A DNA stretch of 64,000 bases, from positions 43,160,395 through 43,224,394 of the forward strand of contig NC_057718.1 in assembly GCF_004010195.1 (NCBI RefSeq), in the 5' to 3' direction. A program made the position numbers and the translations under genes. This document shows positions 25,781 through 38,778 of this stretch, piece by piece; the stretch's first letter is position 1; each line of letters begins with the position of its first letter. The notes under the pieces are model-generated. The model was not told where the DNA came from. It searched no databases and saw only the letters and a program-made list of their open reading frames with translations. This DNA is from Chiloscyllium plagiosum. Its lineage: Eukaryota.

Positions 25781-25949
25781 AAGCTACAATCGGGACTTTA
25801 AGACCTTGATTAGGAGAGTGCGAGCCTGGTCCCAGCTGGCTTTGCCTATAGGCTGTCACCAGAGAACATTTGTGTTAATTGCGCCACTCTGTCAGGGAAC
25901 TTTGATTTATTGCCAGGAGTGTAGGCTCGAATAATGGTGCTGAGCGCAC
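25781..25949 (+). promoter_or_regulatory. ESRRG: ESRRG exon 1 5' UTR (start approximate)
   Basis: Contiguous with the exon 1 ATG. The sequence aagctacaatcgggactttaagaccttgattaggagagtg...agagaacatttgtgttaattgc...actttgatttat...ataatgg...cgcacATG closely resembles my recollection of the human ESRRG 5' UTR. Confidence 0.75.
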
Positions 25950-25978
25950 ATGGATTTGGTAGAACTTTGTCTCCCTGA
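25934..25978 (+). promoter_or_regulatory. Overlapping upstream ORF (MVLSAHGFGRTLSP*), out of frame with the ESRRG ATG
   Basis: ataATGg at 25934 (A at -3, G at +4), 14 codons, TGA at 25976-25978; spans the main ATG at 25950. Confidence 0.65.
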
Positions 25979-26005
25979 ATCTTTTTCTCTTCACTACGAC
26001 GAAGA
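25950..26005 (+). CDS. ESRRG: ESRRG coding exon 1 (long-isoform N-terminus MDLVELCLPESFSLHYDE + 2 nt)
   Basis: Manual translation from ATG 25950 matches the vertebrate ERR-gamma N-terminus (human MDSVELCLPESFSLHYEEE). It ends GA|gtaggt (donor at 26006, phase 2) and joins exon 2 in frame (GA+G = Glu, then LLCRMS). Confidence 0.95.
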
Positions 26006-29000
26006 GTAGGTACCTTTTTTTTTCCATTCTGGGTTCTTTGCAGTGCTATAGGGGTTTGCTGTATATGTGTATGTCCCTGTGTGTCTGTGCTGCTTGCTTG
26101 CATGTTTTGTGCCAGGATTATGTCCCACTCTCTCTGTGCAACGGATGTTCTCTGAATTATCTCCAGATTCCCAGAAGCAGTCTACTGTTACTGCATATTG
26201 TGCTGCTATTTGTAATTTAGCCAAAGATGTGAGAAAGCCAAAGGAATGGGCGAGGACTGCATTGTCAAATGCTATATGTAGTTTCTGTATCTATTATACA
26301 GAAATTTTGAATGCTTATTTTTAAGGACGCAAGGATATTTAAAAACGCTTCTTTTTTGCTCTAAAAGCTAATTTGTATGATTTTTTAAAAATATGATCTG
26401 TTTAGTGTAATGAAAGTCTCACACATGGTCTTTGTTTTTGAATCTAAGAAAGGATTTTTAACTGTGGCAGCTTGCAGCAAAATAAAGGGACGGGGGAAAT
26501 AAGCTGTTCCTTGATATCAGTTAGCTGACAACTTGTCTCAAGTTCTTTCACTTTTCATTGTATCATTCATCTCTTTAAATGATCGCCCCTGTTCAAGTCA
26601 GCAACAGGCTCGGTATAAGACGAACGTCACAAACCTGTATGAAAATACCTACACATCTCAAAATATCGGAGTTTTTTTCCTGCTGTAACAGCATGATTTT
26701 GCATATTTGCACAGAGCTTTAAATATTGCAAGAGGTCAGATGTTCCAAAGATGCAGGACGTACATTGTAACAACCTTGCATTTGCAGGGAATACGGCTAT
26801 TTAGAGTATTCATTTAAATATATTTTTCTGCACTCTTTTGTTGTCAGAGCCTCCTATGCTACAGTAATTAACCTGCAGTAAAAATAAAACCTTTACAACT
26901 CCTGATTTCATTTCCTACCAAAGCTATTTTTAACAGGTTTTTATATTCAGTAAACGTTATAGAGCTGCAGAAGGCTAGCTATAATATTTTAATTGCAAAG
27001 TCTGAGAAAAACAATATATTTTTGATCTGCTCAATGTGTCTCTGTGTCACAGTGGTTAAGCTCTCCAGAGGAAATAGCCGATTACAGTGAAGCAGTTTGT
27101 GCAATATTATCTCTTTTACATTCACTTGCCTTGTATTAAATTGTCATTGTCCTAAACCGAGAGAGAAATGAATTGCAGCTTTCAATACTGTCTGGCAGTG
27201 AAATATTTACCCCCTGTGTCCCCAATCATACTTCACGTGTGTTTGATAATGTAGCTCCGACATGAACAATCTCACTGGTTTGATGCTCAGTTATTGCCTC
27301 TTCCTTTGCTTCTCCCTCCCTGGACTTTAAGTGACGCAAAAAGAAAGTTGATTCCTGATGGTTCTTTCTCTCCCTTCTATGTTTATATTGAAATACCTGT
27401 TCAGCCATTATCAAGTGTCACCTCAAGTATAAGCAAAATGTAAATTGATATAAGACATGTTAAAGGGTGATGCAGTGAGGCAGATTTAGCTCTTTTGTGA
27501 CAAAATGGCCTTTCCTTAAATGACCGCATAAGCTGTTGTGGCAGGAGAAGGGTGCAACTCTTTGTTGCGGTGGCCTCTTTACTGTACCCATATGGAGCGA
27601 TGTAATTGGCTTCAGATTGTATTAGTCGGTAGAGCCTTACAGATCAGCACTGTCAGGTTTTAACATTAGTATGAATGACACCTGTCCAATCAATCATGTG
27701 GCCACAGCTCCACAAATGGAATGGGTCTTTGCCTACTTCAACATGCTGCTGAATCAGAGCGTACACTTGGCTTAATTTGTACTATTATTCTTTCTGGAAA
27801 ACAAGAGGAAAGGCTCACTCCACACTTAAGGACAGTTTGCAGACATAAAAGTGTGTATATGGGGGGAGGGAGGAGGTTGGAGATAGCTGGCGTACTGGCA
27901 AGTGCTATAATTGGCTTTACTGTGTTAAACTAATCCCAGCAGGTTACACAGATAAGACATTTCAGAACAACTATATGTCCAGCTTCACTTGAAGCTCAAT
28001 GCCAGTGTTGTCCATTTGTCCAGTCTGAATTCTCATGCAGATAATTCAAACAGTGCCTTTATACATTAGCACTGCTAAAGATCCAAGTGTTGTTTTGAGC
28101 TACTCATTCATACATTATAGTTAGTCTAACTTGTACATTACGTTGATTTTTTTACAAATAATTTTGTACAAAATTCAAACACAAAATTCAGGAATTCAGA
28201 AAATAAATGTCAACTTGATATATATTTTATGTTAATGACACAAGTCAAACAAGCCTTTACAATTTTACTGGGCAAAGACTGCATTTATTAATTTGGTTAT
28301 ATTCAGTTTGTGACACTATTATATCATGATTGGACATCTGGTAACCCAGACAATATAGAATGTATAAATTGTCCTGTTCAGCTACTTTGTAAAATGATGA
28401 GAGCTTTGAAATGTTGATACATTTTGAATAGGTATGGGCAATCATTTCTAGAGGCAGCTTGTTACCCAGTGTGAATAAAATACCAAGTTTTACATCAGTG
28501 AAACTCAATGATTCATACTTTGGATTTCAGTTCAAACAGCAGTAAGCCATGCTGTGGCATCTCAGTGTTCACTTTTTTTTATCCTTGTGACAGTGTTGGA
28601 TAATTCAACTGAGGAGACATGCGTAAAATGACTACCTTTTCCCAAAGTCGATTTAGTACAGCAATTTCATTTTCATTCAGTCTGCTTTAGGCAAGCATGC
28701 AATTCAGAGGGTTATTTTTTCAATTTGTTCCAGTAAGCATATAAAAGAATTCATTTCTAAGCTCCAAAGTTTTGTTTTTTATATACTGAAAAAAAGTTTC
28801 AAAATTACTTCAGGTAGTTGAAGACTGTTTTATAAAAAATTGGGATTTGTTTCTAAACCATTTTTATGTGGAAAAGCTTATAAGTTGCACTAATTCCATA
28901 ATCCTTCAGTTTACTGCTGCTGCTGAACTCCAGGATAGTCCCTGTGGATATTGTAATTCATCTGTGGACCTTTTTGACAAGTACTTTTTAATTCCTCAGT

Positions 29001-30290
29001 TCAGGCGTGGGTAGGAAGCCAGATTTTAATTTTATGGTGGACAATATAATCTTCAATGTAATACATTAGACCTTCAAACAGTTATATTTTGTTAGCACAT
29101 TTGAAAGAGCAGTAACCATTGCAGCACCTTATTCTTTTTAATCAGCATAATAAATTGCAGATTTGCATTTTGTATGTATCTCAAATTTGTCTTGACGGAA
29201 TAATGTTGATCTTCAGTGGCATGCCACCAAAACTTATCACACAGAGCTTAGATAAAGATGGATAATAGTTAGCTTTGATAGCTTGTGAGAATTTAACAAC
29301 TCGGGGCCAAAGATAGGAACTTTCATTCTCATGGAAGACAGCGGTTCATACCCCAATTGCCTTTTTTTTTCTTTCTTTTGCCTATTTTCCTTCCGGATTG
29401 AGTTAGGTCTAATCAGGTTGTTTGTGTGCATGATATGAGTCACTCCCTAAAACAAAATAGTTTGGTCAAAATCTAGTCAGCAGCTGGTGTGTACAATGCA
29501 AAAACAGGCTTGTGCCAGAAGGATGTGGACAACCCAAACAGACCAAAGCAAAGCGAGAAGCGTTCTTCCGCTGGGCTTGGTTTGTTTCCTAAACAAAGTG
29601 CAGGGTGCCTTAGGAAGGTCCCCTCCCTACCAATTTAAAAAAAGGCCAAGGAATTAATGCATTTAAAATTTTTATTCAAATTATTAAAGCTTTCGACAAA
29701 AGAAAAATTAGATTATCAAATTAATATAGACTGGAATTCGAAAAGGTTTTGTTGGTTTGTTTTTGCAAAGTGTTCTGCTCCAAGCTCTTATTTGATTTGG
29801 ATTGCAAATACTTTTACACTCTGGCCTTGATGAGAAACAGTTTCCATTGCATGTCAGCTGGAAAGGTACAGAATAACTTGAGTCAATTACAAACCCAACT
29901 GTAATACCTGTCAAATGAATCTTGGGCTGGGAATAGGGTGCAATATCACCCCAAATTGTTGTGAGTCTGGGTTGATCTGTTGAAAGATCTAATTATCTTC
30001 TAAATTTTACATTGGGTATTTTTAATCTGATGAGAAGATCGATGCTCCAACTCACTCGCCATGAATGTTAAAACACACAACAGGGAGCAGGAATTTGTAA
30101 TAGTATGGACAAAGTGATTTATATCCTGCAATATGACTTTTGCCAACTCAACTTTATACTTTGCAGCCATCGGTTTAGACCAGTAGTATAAAGCAGAGAT
30201 TTAATGAAAGAGATAGTACAGACCTGAGGAAAACGTAAAGAAAATATTTTTAAAATTAGGAATGTGATGCAGAGCATGCTATGAGACACT

Positions 30291-30421
30291 TAGAGTCATA
30301 GTCACAGAGATGTACAGCATGGAAACAGATCCTTTGGTCCAACTCGTTCATGCCAACCAGATATTCTAAATTAATCTAGTCCCATTTGCCAGCACTTGGC
30401 CCATATCCCCACAAACCCTTC
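30291..30421 (-). mobile_element. Short CR1 3'-end fragment in ESRRG intron 1
   Basis: tagagtcatagtcacagagatgtacagcatggaaacagatcctttggtccaactcg...ggcccatatccc is the reverse complement of the 3' UTR seen at 2200-2320 and 14480-14600. Confidence 0.88.
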
Positions 30422-33400
30422 TTTGATAAAAGAAAATGAATAATTGCAATATATAGGTGATTTATATCTTGACAGGTTAAAAATTTTAAGGACATATAAT
30501 GGACAAATAGTCTTTGTCATTTTGGGCATAAAAAAGATAACCTAAAATTCATGAAAGACATGTATTGATAGGTGCCCAATCGACTGCCTCATGCATGTTC
30601 TCCAGTTTTTCTGATACATATCTTAAATAATTTCACTGGATTGTTTATACTTAGAACATATATATTAAGGTTAGCTGTTACTTCATTTCCAAAGAAAGTA
30701 GAATTATTAATCTTGCAGCAATTTTTAAGCCGTGCTGAACCAAACAGGACAGTGACAGAGATCTTTGGTCAATGCACAGTCTCCAACATGAAATAGCAGT
30801 GTCCAAAAAAAGCAGCATAATTCTGACAGTGCTGGATTGACGCTAATATACCTGGAAGGAAGCTAGTTCGCGCTGAAGCGACCAGCGTCAGACAGGGCTA
30901 TGTGCCATCTGTCCCACCTGCTGCATAGTTAGTCCATCTGGTTATTCAGAGTGTGCTTTGTGGGTTTTACCGGAGCAACTTCAGTGCCAGTAGGCAAGCA
31001 AGCAGAGTAAATTATTTAAGCAGCCAATGTAAACTGAAAGCTCTCACCCTAGATGCTGGGGATTGCGTTAAATGCTTGAAAGCTTCTATTTGCATATAGA
31101 TTTAGATACAGTATATAGATCACTGAGGAGATTACAACCAAATTATCTTCACCTGGATCCTTACAGGGCATCTTTTTGCCTGTATTGAGTCACAGTTCTG
31201 GATGGTATTTTGTTTTTGTTTTGTAGGGAAGAGGAAATTAAAAGGATGTGATTTATTTCCAGCACAGCAGCCTGTTAAAGGAACACTAATTGTTAGCAAA
31301 TTTGTTCAAAACTCTTCAGAGTGTCAGGTCTGCACATTTTATTGTTCCCTGTCACCAATTTACTTACTGAGCACTCTTTGCAAATCTGATAGGGGATTTG
31401 TAATGGAAATGAAACAAGTAGAAAATACTGCACCAAAAAGGTGAAATGAATCAAACAAGGAGTTTAAAGACAACAACATCTGTCCATAAGTTTATGTTGC
31501 ACATTGGTAGGTGTTTGCAACACTTGAACTTTTGTTAGTGCTGCAAAGGTTCATTTTAAATGTCAGGAATCAATTGTATTCCTTCTGATTAGAATGACTC
31601 TATATGTTTAACAGTTCATTGAATTAAGTACAATAAATTCCTCAATTCACCAGTTAGGACATGAGCTACTGCCTGACAGCAAAATGTGCATTGGTTGAAC
31701 ATTATAACAAGAAAAACTTTTCAATACATTTTTTATTTTGTAGAGACAGAGTAAAGTTAAAATTACTTTTCTTGATTTAACTTTGGTTTTGAATCATGAC
31801 AAGAGAGTTTTTATTCTCAGAACAGCAATATCATGTAAAATCACTTTTTTCAGGAAATTTAACTTTGGTCAAGCAGATATGGATTTTAATATATGATGAA
31901 TTCACAGTAATATTAACTGCAATACTTCCAAATCCACAAATTCTAACTCATTGAGATCTGAAACTTGCCTCTATTGGATCTAGAATCTACTGAGAGTATG
32001 ACCAAGCAAATTGACTTGCACCAAATACATGCACAGAGTTTAGGCTTCTCCTGGATAATCAAAAGTAGAGAGTAAAACTTGCTTGGCAGCTTCCAACGTC
32101 CATACTTTAATTCTGAATGTAGGATTCCAATTTGCATATTTGAGAAACCTATGGCTTCTTTCAAGCAGCTGCATCGGAAGATGTAAAATGATTCAATTAG
32201 TTTGCACATAACCAATTTTAATATGAAGTTTGACACTCTAACAATGTTTTTCTAAATCAGTTTTTTGGGGGGAGGGGGGGGCACGGTGGTGGGTGGGGGC
32301 TAATGAGTGTATAATTTCTGGGTGATGGACCAAATGGAAATATATTTGTGCTGCAGTGCTAATATTGTTTAGCCACTAGAGGCTGCTAGATCATTTTTAT
32401 GCTATTGTGACTTAAGTGGTATTACCCCCAGCTTGTTGATAAAAATTTGAATGATACCCAAGTTGAAACTGGGTTGGACTCTGGGTGGGGGCCTGAGGCT
32501 GTTCCATGGATGCACCTCTGGTAAGTTTCTGTGTCTCCTGCTGGTTTGTGCAGTGTCTTATTCTTTCATTATTTCCCACTTGTTTCCCTCCCCCTCGCTG
32601 CAGGACAGATATTTTGTTGGCTATACTTCCATGGGAGCAATGAATCTTCAGAACCTTGTTCAAATGGTTGTTTTTCAAGTGTGACCCTTGGACAGTGAGT
32701 GCTGGAGTGTTATTCTACTGCATAAGACATTATAATGAAACCAAATCTAACCCATATATATGTTTATGGAATGAGTAACTGAATTGCATGCAGAATTGTG
32801 TCCTCTCATTGACAAGTGTTAGCATTTACCTATTTAGCCGTGGGATCCTGCAACCAATTGTACGGTCACAGCTGCTGCTCTGGCAGAGGGCAGAACCTTG
32901 CTAACCTTTCAGACAACTGGAGCAGGTAGCTTCAGAAATAATCAAAGGGTTAGTTGAAAATTGGATGTGCTGCATAATGATGTATGCAGATTACCTAACC
33001 AGAAATCACTAAACTTCTGAACAAGTTTTGAATATTCATGTTTGGGTTTGGAATGTGGAGTATTGCTTGTTAAGCAGTTCTGTGTGTGAGCTGATCAAAT
33101 TAAAAACAATGGTTCATGTTAATGATTGGTTCAAGCGTCACTCGAGAGCAATTTGCAGTATAGCTGTCTTAATCTATTGCCGCTGCACAATGTGTCTTAG
33201 GAGTGCAGTATATATTTTAGCCAGTGGACAGATATTGAAAATGCTTGAACTACATAGTAGGGCATCAGTACCTGAAGGAGAAAACATAGATCCACATTTC
33301 TGCAAAGAAGTTATCTCATCTTTGTCAGTATTGGCAATACTGTGTCAATCTGCAGCATATTCCATTTTTATTTTGTACAGCCATCATTTCTGATTTTACT

Positions 33401-36400
33401 TTTTAATAATCCTACAGTTGCCAGCAATCCATGAAAGAGAATATTTTCACCTTAGGCTCAAAGAAAAGGAATTGATTCACTTTTTGTGTGCATCAGATCA
33501 GAAACTCAATTAGTTGTCATGATATGGAAATAACATCAGCTCATTCTCAATGAAGGGTTCTGGTGTCTTATTGCCACATGGATCAGCTGTTAAGAGCGAT
33601 TCTTGATTGGCTTCTCCCCTCCAAGCCAATAAGATCACTCCAGCTGAATAGCTCTGTTACAATCAGTGCAGCTTTCTGCATATATTGTGGAATCAAGTAA
33701 CCCCCACATTACACACTACAGCTCCCATGTACTGCCATTCCCTACATGTTCAGCAACCCACATCATGCACCTTCAATTCTGAAATGCATTATAATAGTCC
33801 CTGTTCAGAAGGACAGTCCATCTGTTTTGGAAGAAATGGGAGCACGTTAGGCTTTACTGATAGATGGGTTAAATCAACTGATTTAACTGATTTCCCTCCA
33901 GAGGTGATATTTTATTTATATGATAAAATGCTTGGGAAGTGATTAATTTGTCAAGGGAATGTCTTGTTACTGTAAATTCACTGAAACTGTAATAAGTGTA
34001 TTGCTGCTACACAGATGGAGGAACAAAAAGGCACTGACTAATGAAGAGATGGAGATTCACTAAATGTTTTACCCACATAATTTAATTTTACAAAATGTAC
34101 CTTTTGGTTTTAATTCAGATAAGACCAGAGTTAGGTATTAGCAATTTTAGCAAGGGCTCCAAAATATGGCAGTGACTGCTTGTTTTGTCAAGTCGATTAA
34201 GTTAATTGTACTACCATTCATAAAAGCTTCATTCAGCCATGCTAAATTGCTTCTAACCCTTGATTTAGCCATCCAGTACAGTCAGTGATGTGGGAAAGAG
34301 AGTGTGATGTGGGATACATGCAGTAAACATATTGCATGTTTATCGAGGAGATGATAGAGGAGAAATCCTTATTATTAGCACCTGATTTTTGTGTGCTAGG
34401 AATAGGCCTGCAGCACATGTGCAACTGAATTCTTGATGGGCAAGACATTCACACTTGGTACCATGTTGGTGAGGGCCTTAGAGCACATGCAGTGGCATCC
34501 ACTGAAGTATGTATAGTAGGTAAATCTTGACATCAGGGACATGAATGCTGATTTAATGCCAACGTGACTATTTTATAGTTCAAAATTACAGCCAACATCA
34601 TAGCTTTACCCATCAAAGCTGAACACACATTGACACAGGAAGGATGACTCACCACCACTGTTTAAAGTGTTGGTCAACAGGTTAGTTATTGGCTTGTTTC
34701 TTCCAGCTATTGTTGCAAGTCTAAAAGTGTTTGGTTCTTTTTGTTGTTGCAAGTTGCAAAATTCAAAATGGAATAGTTCTTCAGGTGGTGATCTTATTCT
34801 AACTTCAAGGCTTCTATTCAAGCTTGTTGCTCCCAGATATGCATGCGTTCTTGACTTTTATCCTTGGAAAATGATTATGGAGTAGTATGTTACCAGAAGT
34901 GAGATGAATGGAGCAGTGACACCTAATTTTCCAGGGTCTTTGGGGGGCAATTCTGTATCTTGAGCCTCAGCAAAGAATAACGTGCACTCGCTGAAATCTG
35001 GCACAAGCTATAGTCACGATCTCAGATGCTGAACAGGGCAAGGACTACATTGGAGCTGGATACATTTGCAATATCTCACAGTTTGCCATCTGTGTTTGCG
35101 TAAGGGACGTCACTGACTCCTCTATACTCGAAAGGACCTCTCTATATTTCATTCTCACTTGTCAAGGGTAAGCAAGAAGAGTGAACACTTCCCCATAGTG
35201 TGTACACATAGTTCTGCAGGAACCACGTATCAACACCGAGATAATAAAAAAAGAGAAAATGCTGGAAATACTCAGTAGGACAGTCAGAATCTAAGGGTGA
35301 AAAACAGTGAATATTTAAGGTTAATGACTTTTTCTCAGAACACAAAAAGTCAACTTTGCTGTACACTTGAACTAAAAGGGATTTCATCACCTCGAAGACT
35401 CAGATGGTGTGTGACCAAACAAAATGAATTATGCAGGTCAGTGCTCAGTGTTTTGGCAGCAATCATGATGCCTTCATTCTGTGGCAGTTTGCTGTGTGTA
35501 ATGTACCTGCAATGAAAGCCACATTACCACAGAGTGGAGCAGACCTTTGGCACGCTGAAACAATCTTTCTGTTACCTGTGCCACTCTATGGTACTTGGCA
35601 GAGTAGGTGTCCAGCATCTTGGCAGTCAACTGTGTGCTGCTGAACCTCCCCCAAAATGGGGTGGGGTTACGCTTACCTGTAGATGTACGGCAAGCAGCTG
35701 AGGACCAAAAGCATGACACGTGGAGGAGAAAGAAGAAGAGAAAGAGGAAGGGAGAGGGCAATCATTCTGTCTTGGTTGCCCTTTTACAACTATGATGTCA
35801 GTATTCTAATTCATCAGTCATCTGCAGTCACGTATCTTACATTCCCTCCATCATTAGCATCCCCTCGATCACAATCGCAAAAGAAAAATCCATTACAACA
35901 TGAACACTGCGGTTCAGATTTATAAATGAAATCATGCCATATTGCAAAGAATTGTCAGTTAGTCTCCTCCCTCTCTATTTACCTAGTGCCTTTGACTGTT
36001 CCTCTACAGTGGGGTAGCTTCTACATATCTACCCTAGTGGCTGTGCCATGGCCACTGAAAAGCTGCTGACTCCACAGCAGTTGGCTTTAGAGGACAGCTT
36101 TAGAGCAGCTGTGGCCCTCTGGCTGTGATGTGGAACATTTTTGCTTGGGTGGCAGCCATATTGAAAGGCAACACTAGGGCATGGGCAGAGTGGCGGGGGG
36201 GATGGAGGGAAGGAGGACAAATGCTCCCATCCTGGGAGAGGCTAAAAAGTTCATGCTGCATGAAGCCACTGCCACTGTCCTGAAGTGATAGCTCCATAAT
36301 CTTCCTAATCTGTTGGAGGACAGATTTCTGGGTGGCTGTGATATCCTCCAAACTTCCTTGAACCCCAGTTCACAGTCATGATGACAGCAGCCTGCACTTG

Positions 36401-37834
36401 CATGCCAAGAAATTGACTTTTTATAATAAGAACCTAAGCTTTCGCTTCAGATGTCAAATAGCTGCTGTATCTGCTGCAATGGGAGATGCAACATTAGCTA
36501 TTAGATGATGTATCATGAAGCATAAACAGAAAAAAAAAAAGCGCAGCTGGTCTGGCAGCATCTGTGCAGAGGTAAAAAGAAGTTAGCATTTCGAATCCTG
36601 TGATCCTTTGTCAGAATTTCAGTTTGATCAGGCAGTGATTAGGCCAGCAAGAGGCCTTTCCCAGGAATGAAGATACTTTGCCAATGGAGAGCTGCTAACC
36701 AATCAGAATCTGTTGTGCTGAGCAGTTGCTAAGGGAGCCCATGGTTGCTTCTGGAAGGACAGAGAGCCAAGACCCAGGAATTGCCAAGGTCACAGACAAG
36801 TGATGTTGGCTGGAGCTTGGGGGACGTTTAGTTAGGATGGAAATTGCAGGGAGAGAGGTGCAGGAAGGGGTTTGGGAACAAGTTCACAGGGTGGCACTTA
36901 GTGGAGTGCCATACTTCCTGATGTCCAGTACCTCAACCAAGCACTAAATGGCCTTTACCAAGGGATGCAGTCATTCCCAGGAGGTGGCAGGGTGGCTACA
37001 TGGTTTCAGTTCCATGCTGGCTATGGTTGCCTACCTGCAGCTGACATGAAAGGTCAATCGTGTACCTTCCACTCTAGAACATAATTCTGGAGGAAGCTGA
37101 AGGATAGCAAGGTCAAACTACACCCCCCCGTCTGACCTAACTAAATATTATTCTTGGTTGATCACTTTTGTGAGGTCCTTGACCTTTTGCAGTATTGAAT
37201 CCAGGTCCTCACAACTTGATTGACCTCTGTGGCCATTTATTCACAATGCGTTTTGTGCACTCAGGACATCTTTCCTGCTTTTCACCCATCTCCATCAAAA
37301 CCACCAGTGCACCCTCTGAAGACTTTGGAGATCCCTTTCCTCCCTGTTGTGTCATTTCACATTCTCTCCAGGTCAGATTGTCTTTAGTCACAAATCCCCG
37401 CATTGCCCCACTTACAGTTTACCTTGCTGTAAGAGTACAAGTTAATTTTAAGAGGTTGGAGCTGCTGTAGCTTTTGTTACCATCGCTTTCAAACATTGAA
37501 CAGCATGGGCAATACTGGCTGAACCTTCATGTCACTCAAAGTATAGGTCTCCAAGTTGGTGTACTGCCTGCATTCAGCCTGCAGTTGTGGCTAATCATGT
37601 AGCATGATTTCCACACTGGTTTTCAGGGATTGTCCAATTGAGATCCCAATTTTCTTGTAATGTGGTACAAAATTTGGAAGATGTGAACTGTAGACAGTAT
37701 ACTATGTTATCCTACCAAGCTATTCTAACTAAGCTTCTCAAAGAAAGGACAAGTAAATGACCAATTTCAAGTGATTATAAACTGAAGATCAGCATGATTA
37801 AATGAAGAGAAGAAAAATCCTCAGGATCAAAGTA

Positions 37835-37925
37835 CTTCACAGCCAGTGATTGTGTTTCTGTTGTAACTAACATTTGTAAGTTAGGGAAACATGGCAATTA
37901 TTTACGCAGAGCAAGGGTCTGCCAA
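37835..37925 (-). mobile_element. Possible ancient DeuSINE-like remnant
   Basis: cttcacagccagtga...tgtaagttagggaaacatggcaattatttacgcagagcaag resembles my recollection of the reverse complement of the shark Deu-domain SINE 3' region; highly diverged. Confidence 0.35.
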
Positions 37926-38778
37926 GAGATAACTAAATTATTGTAACTGAATAACTGCTAGAAAGGTTGGTAAATTTGAATTTATAAACTTGTATAAGAT
38001 TTTGATTTGCTAAAAACTAATAAGGAAAAGTGAATTTGACAGCAACTGTGGAGAGAGAACAGAGTTAACACTTCAGGTTGCGACCTCACGTTCTAATTAA
38101 AGGTCTTGACTTGAAACATGGGGCAAAATCTTTGCTGTTGGAGGTAGGTACGATATTTAATTAGGCAGGCTGGTTGCACACTCTTTAACTGCTGCTTTCT
38201 CAGCTCTACCAGAATTTATCTTTAGTTGTGAGAACCTATAGGTTACTGCTCAACCATCAGTTGAGTCCTTGCATGGCCAGTTAAAAACTACTTAAAGACC
38301 TCATCCTACTGGCACTAGGAGCTGAAAACAGGTCTATCATCATGTAGCACATCCAACAGACCAAATTATCCACTTGTTAGGTGAAGTGGTGGGATTGAGG
38401 GACTGGGTTTCTCACTGGCAGTCAATCCCTTTCTTTTCTTCTGATGCTTCAGCCCTCTCTCTCCCCTTATCCAAGAAACATCACTTACTTCTGTCCTGGT
38501 TCCTCTGTCACCTTGGCATTCTAGGATTGCTCCTCATTTGCACTGCTTTCATCAAATGATGCTGCGGCAGCTCCCATTGGGTGGCACCTCTGTCCTCAGG
38601 ATCTTAAGGTCCAGGTGAAGACCCACCAGTATCTTCACTGCTTCCTGATTGGCATGTGCTTCTGCAGACATTCTTAGAAAACTCAGCACAGGCTTGTTGC
38701 TAATTCTTCAGTCACTATTGAGACTCTTGATGTCTGAAGAAGATTGACTGATTGAATAACTTCTATTTCTCCACCACA

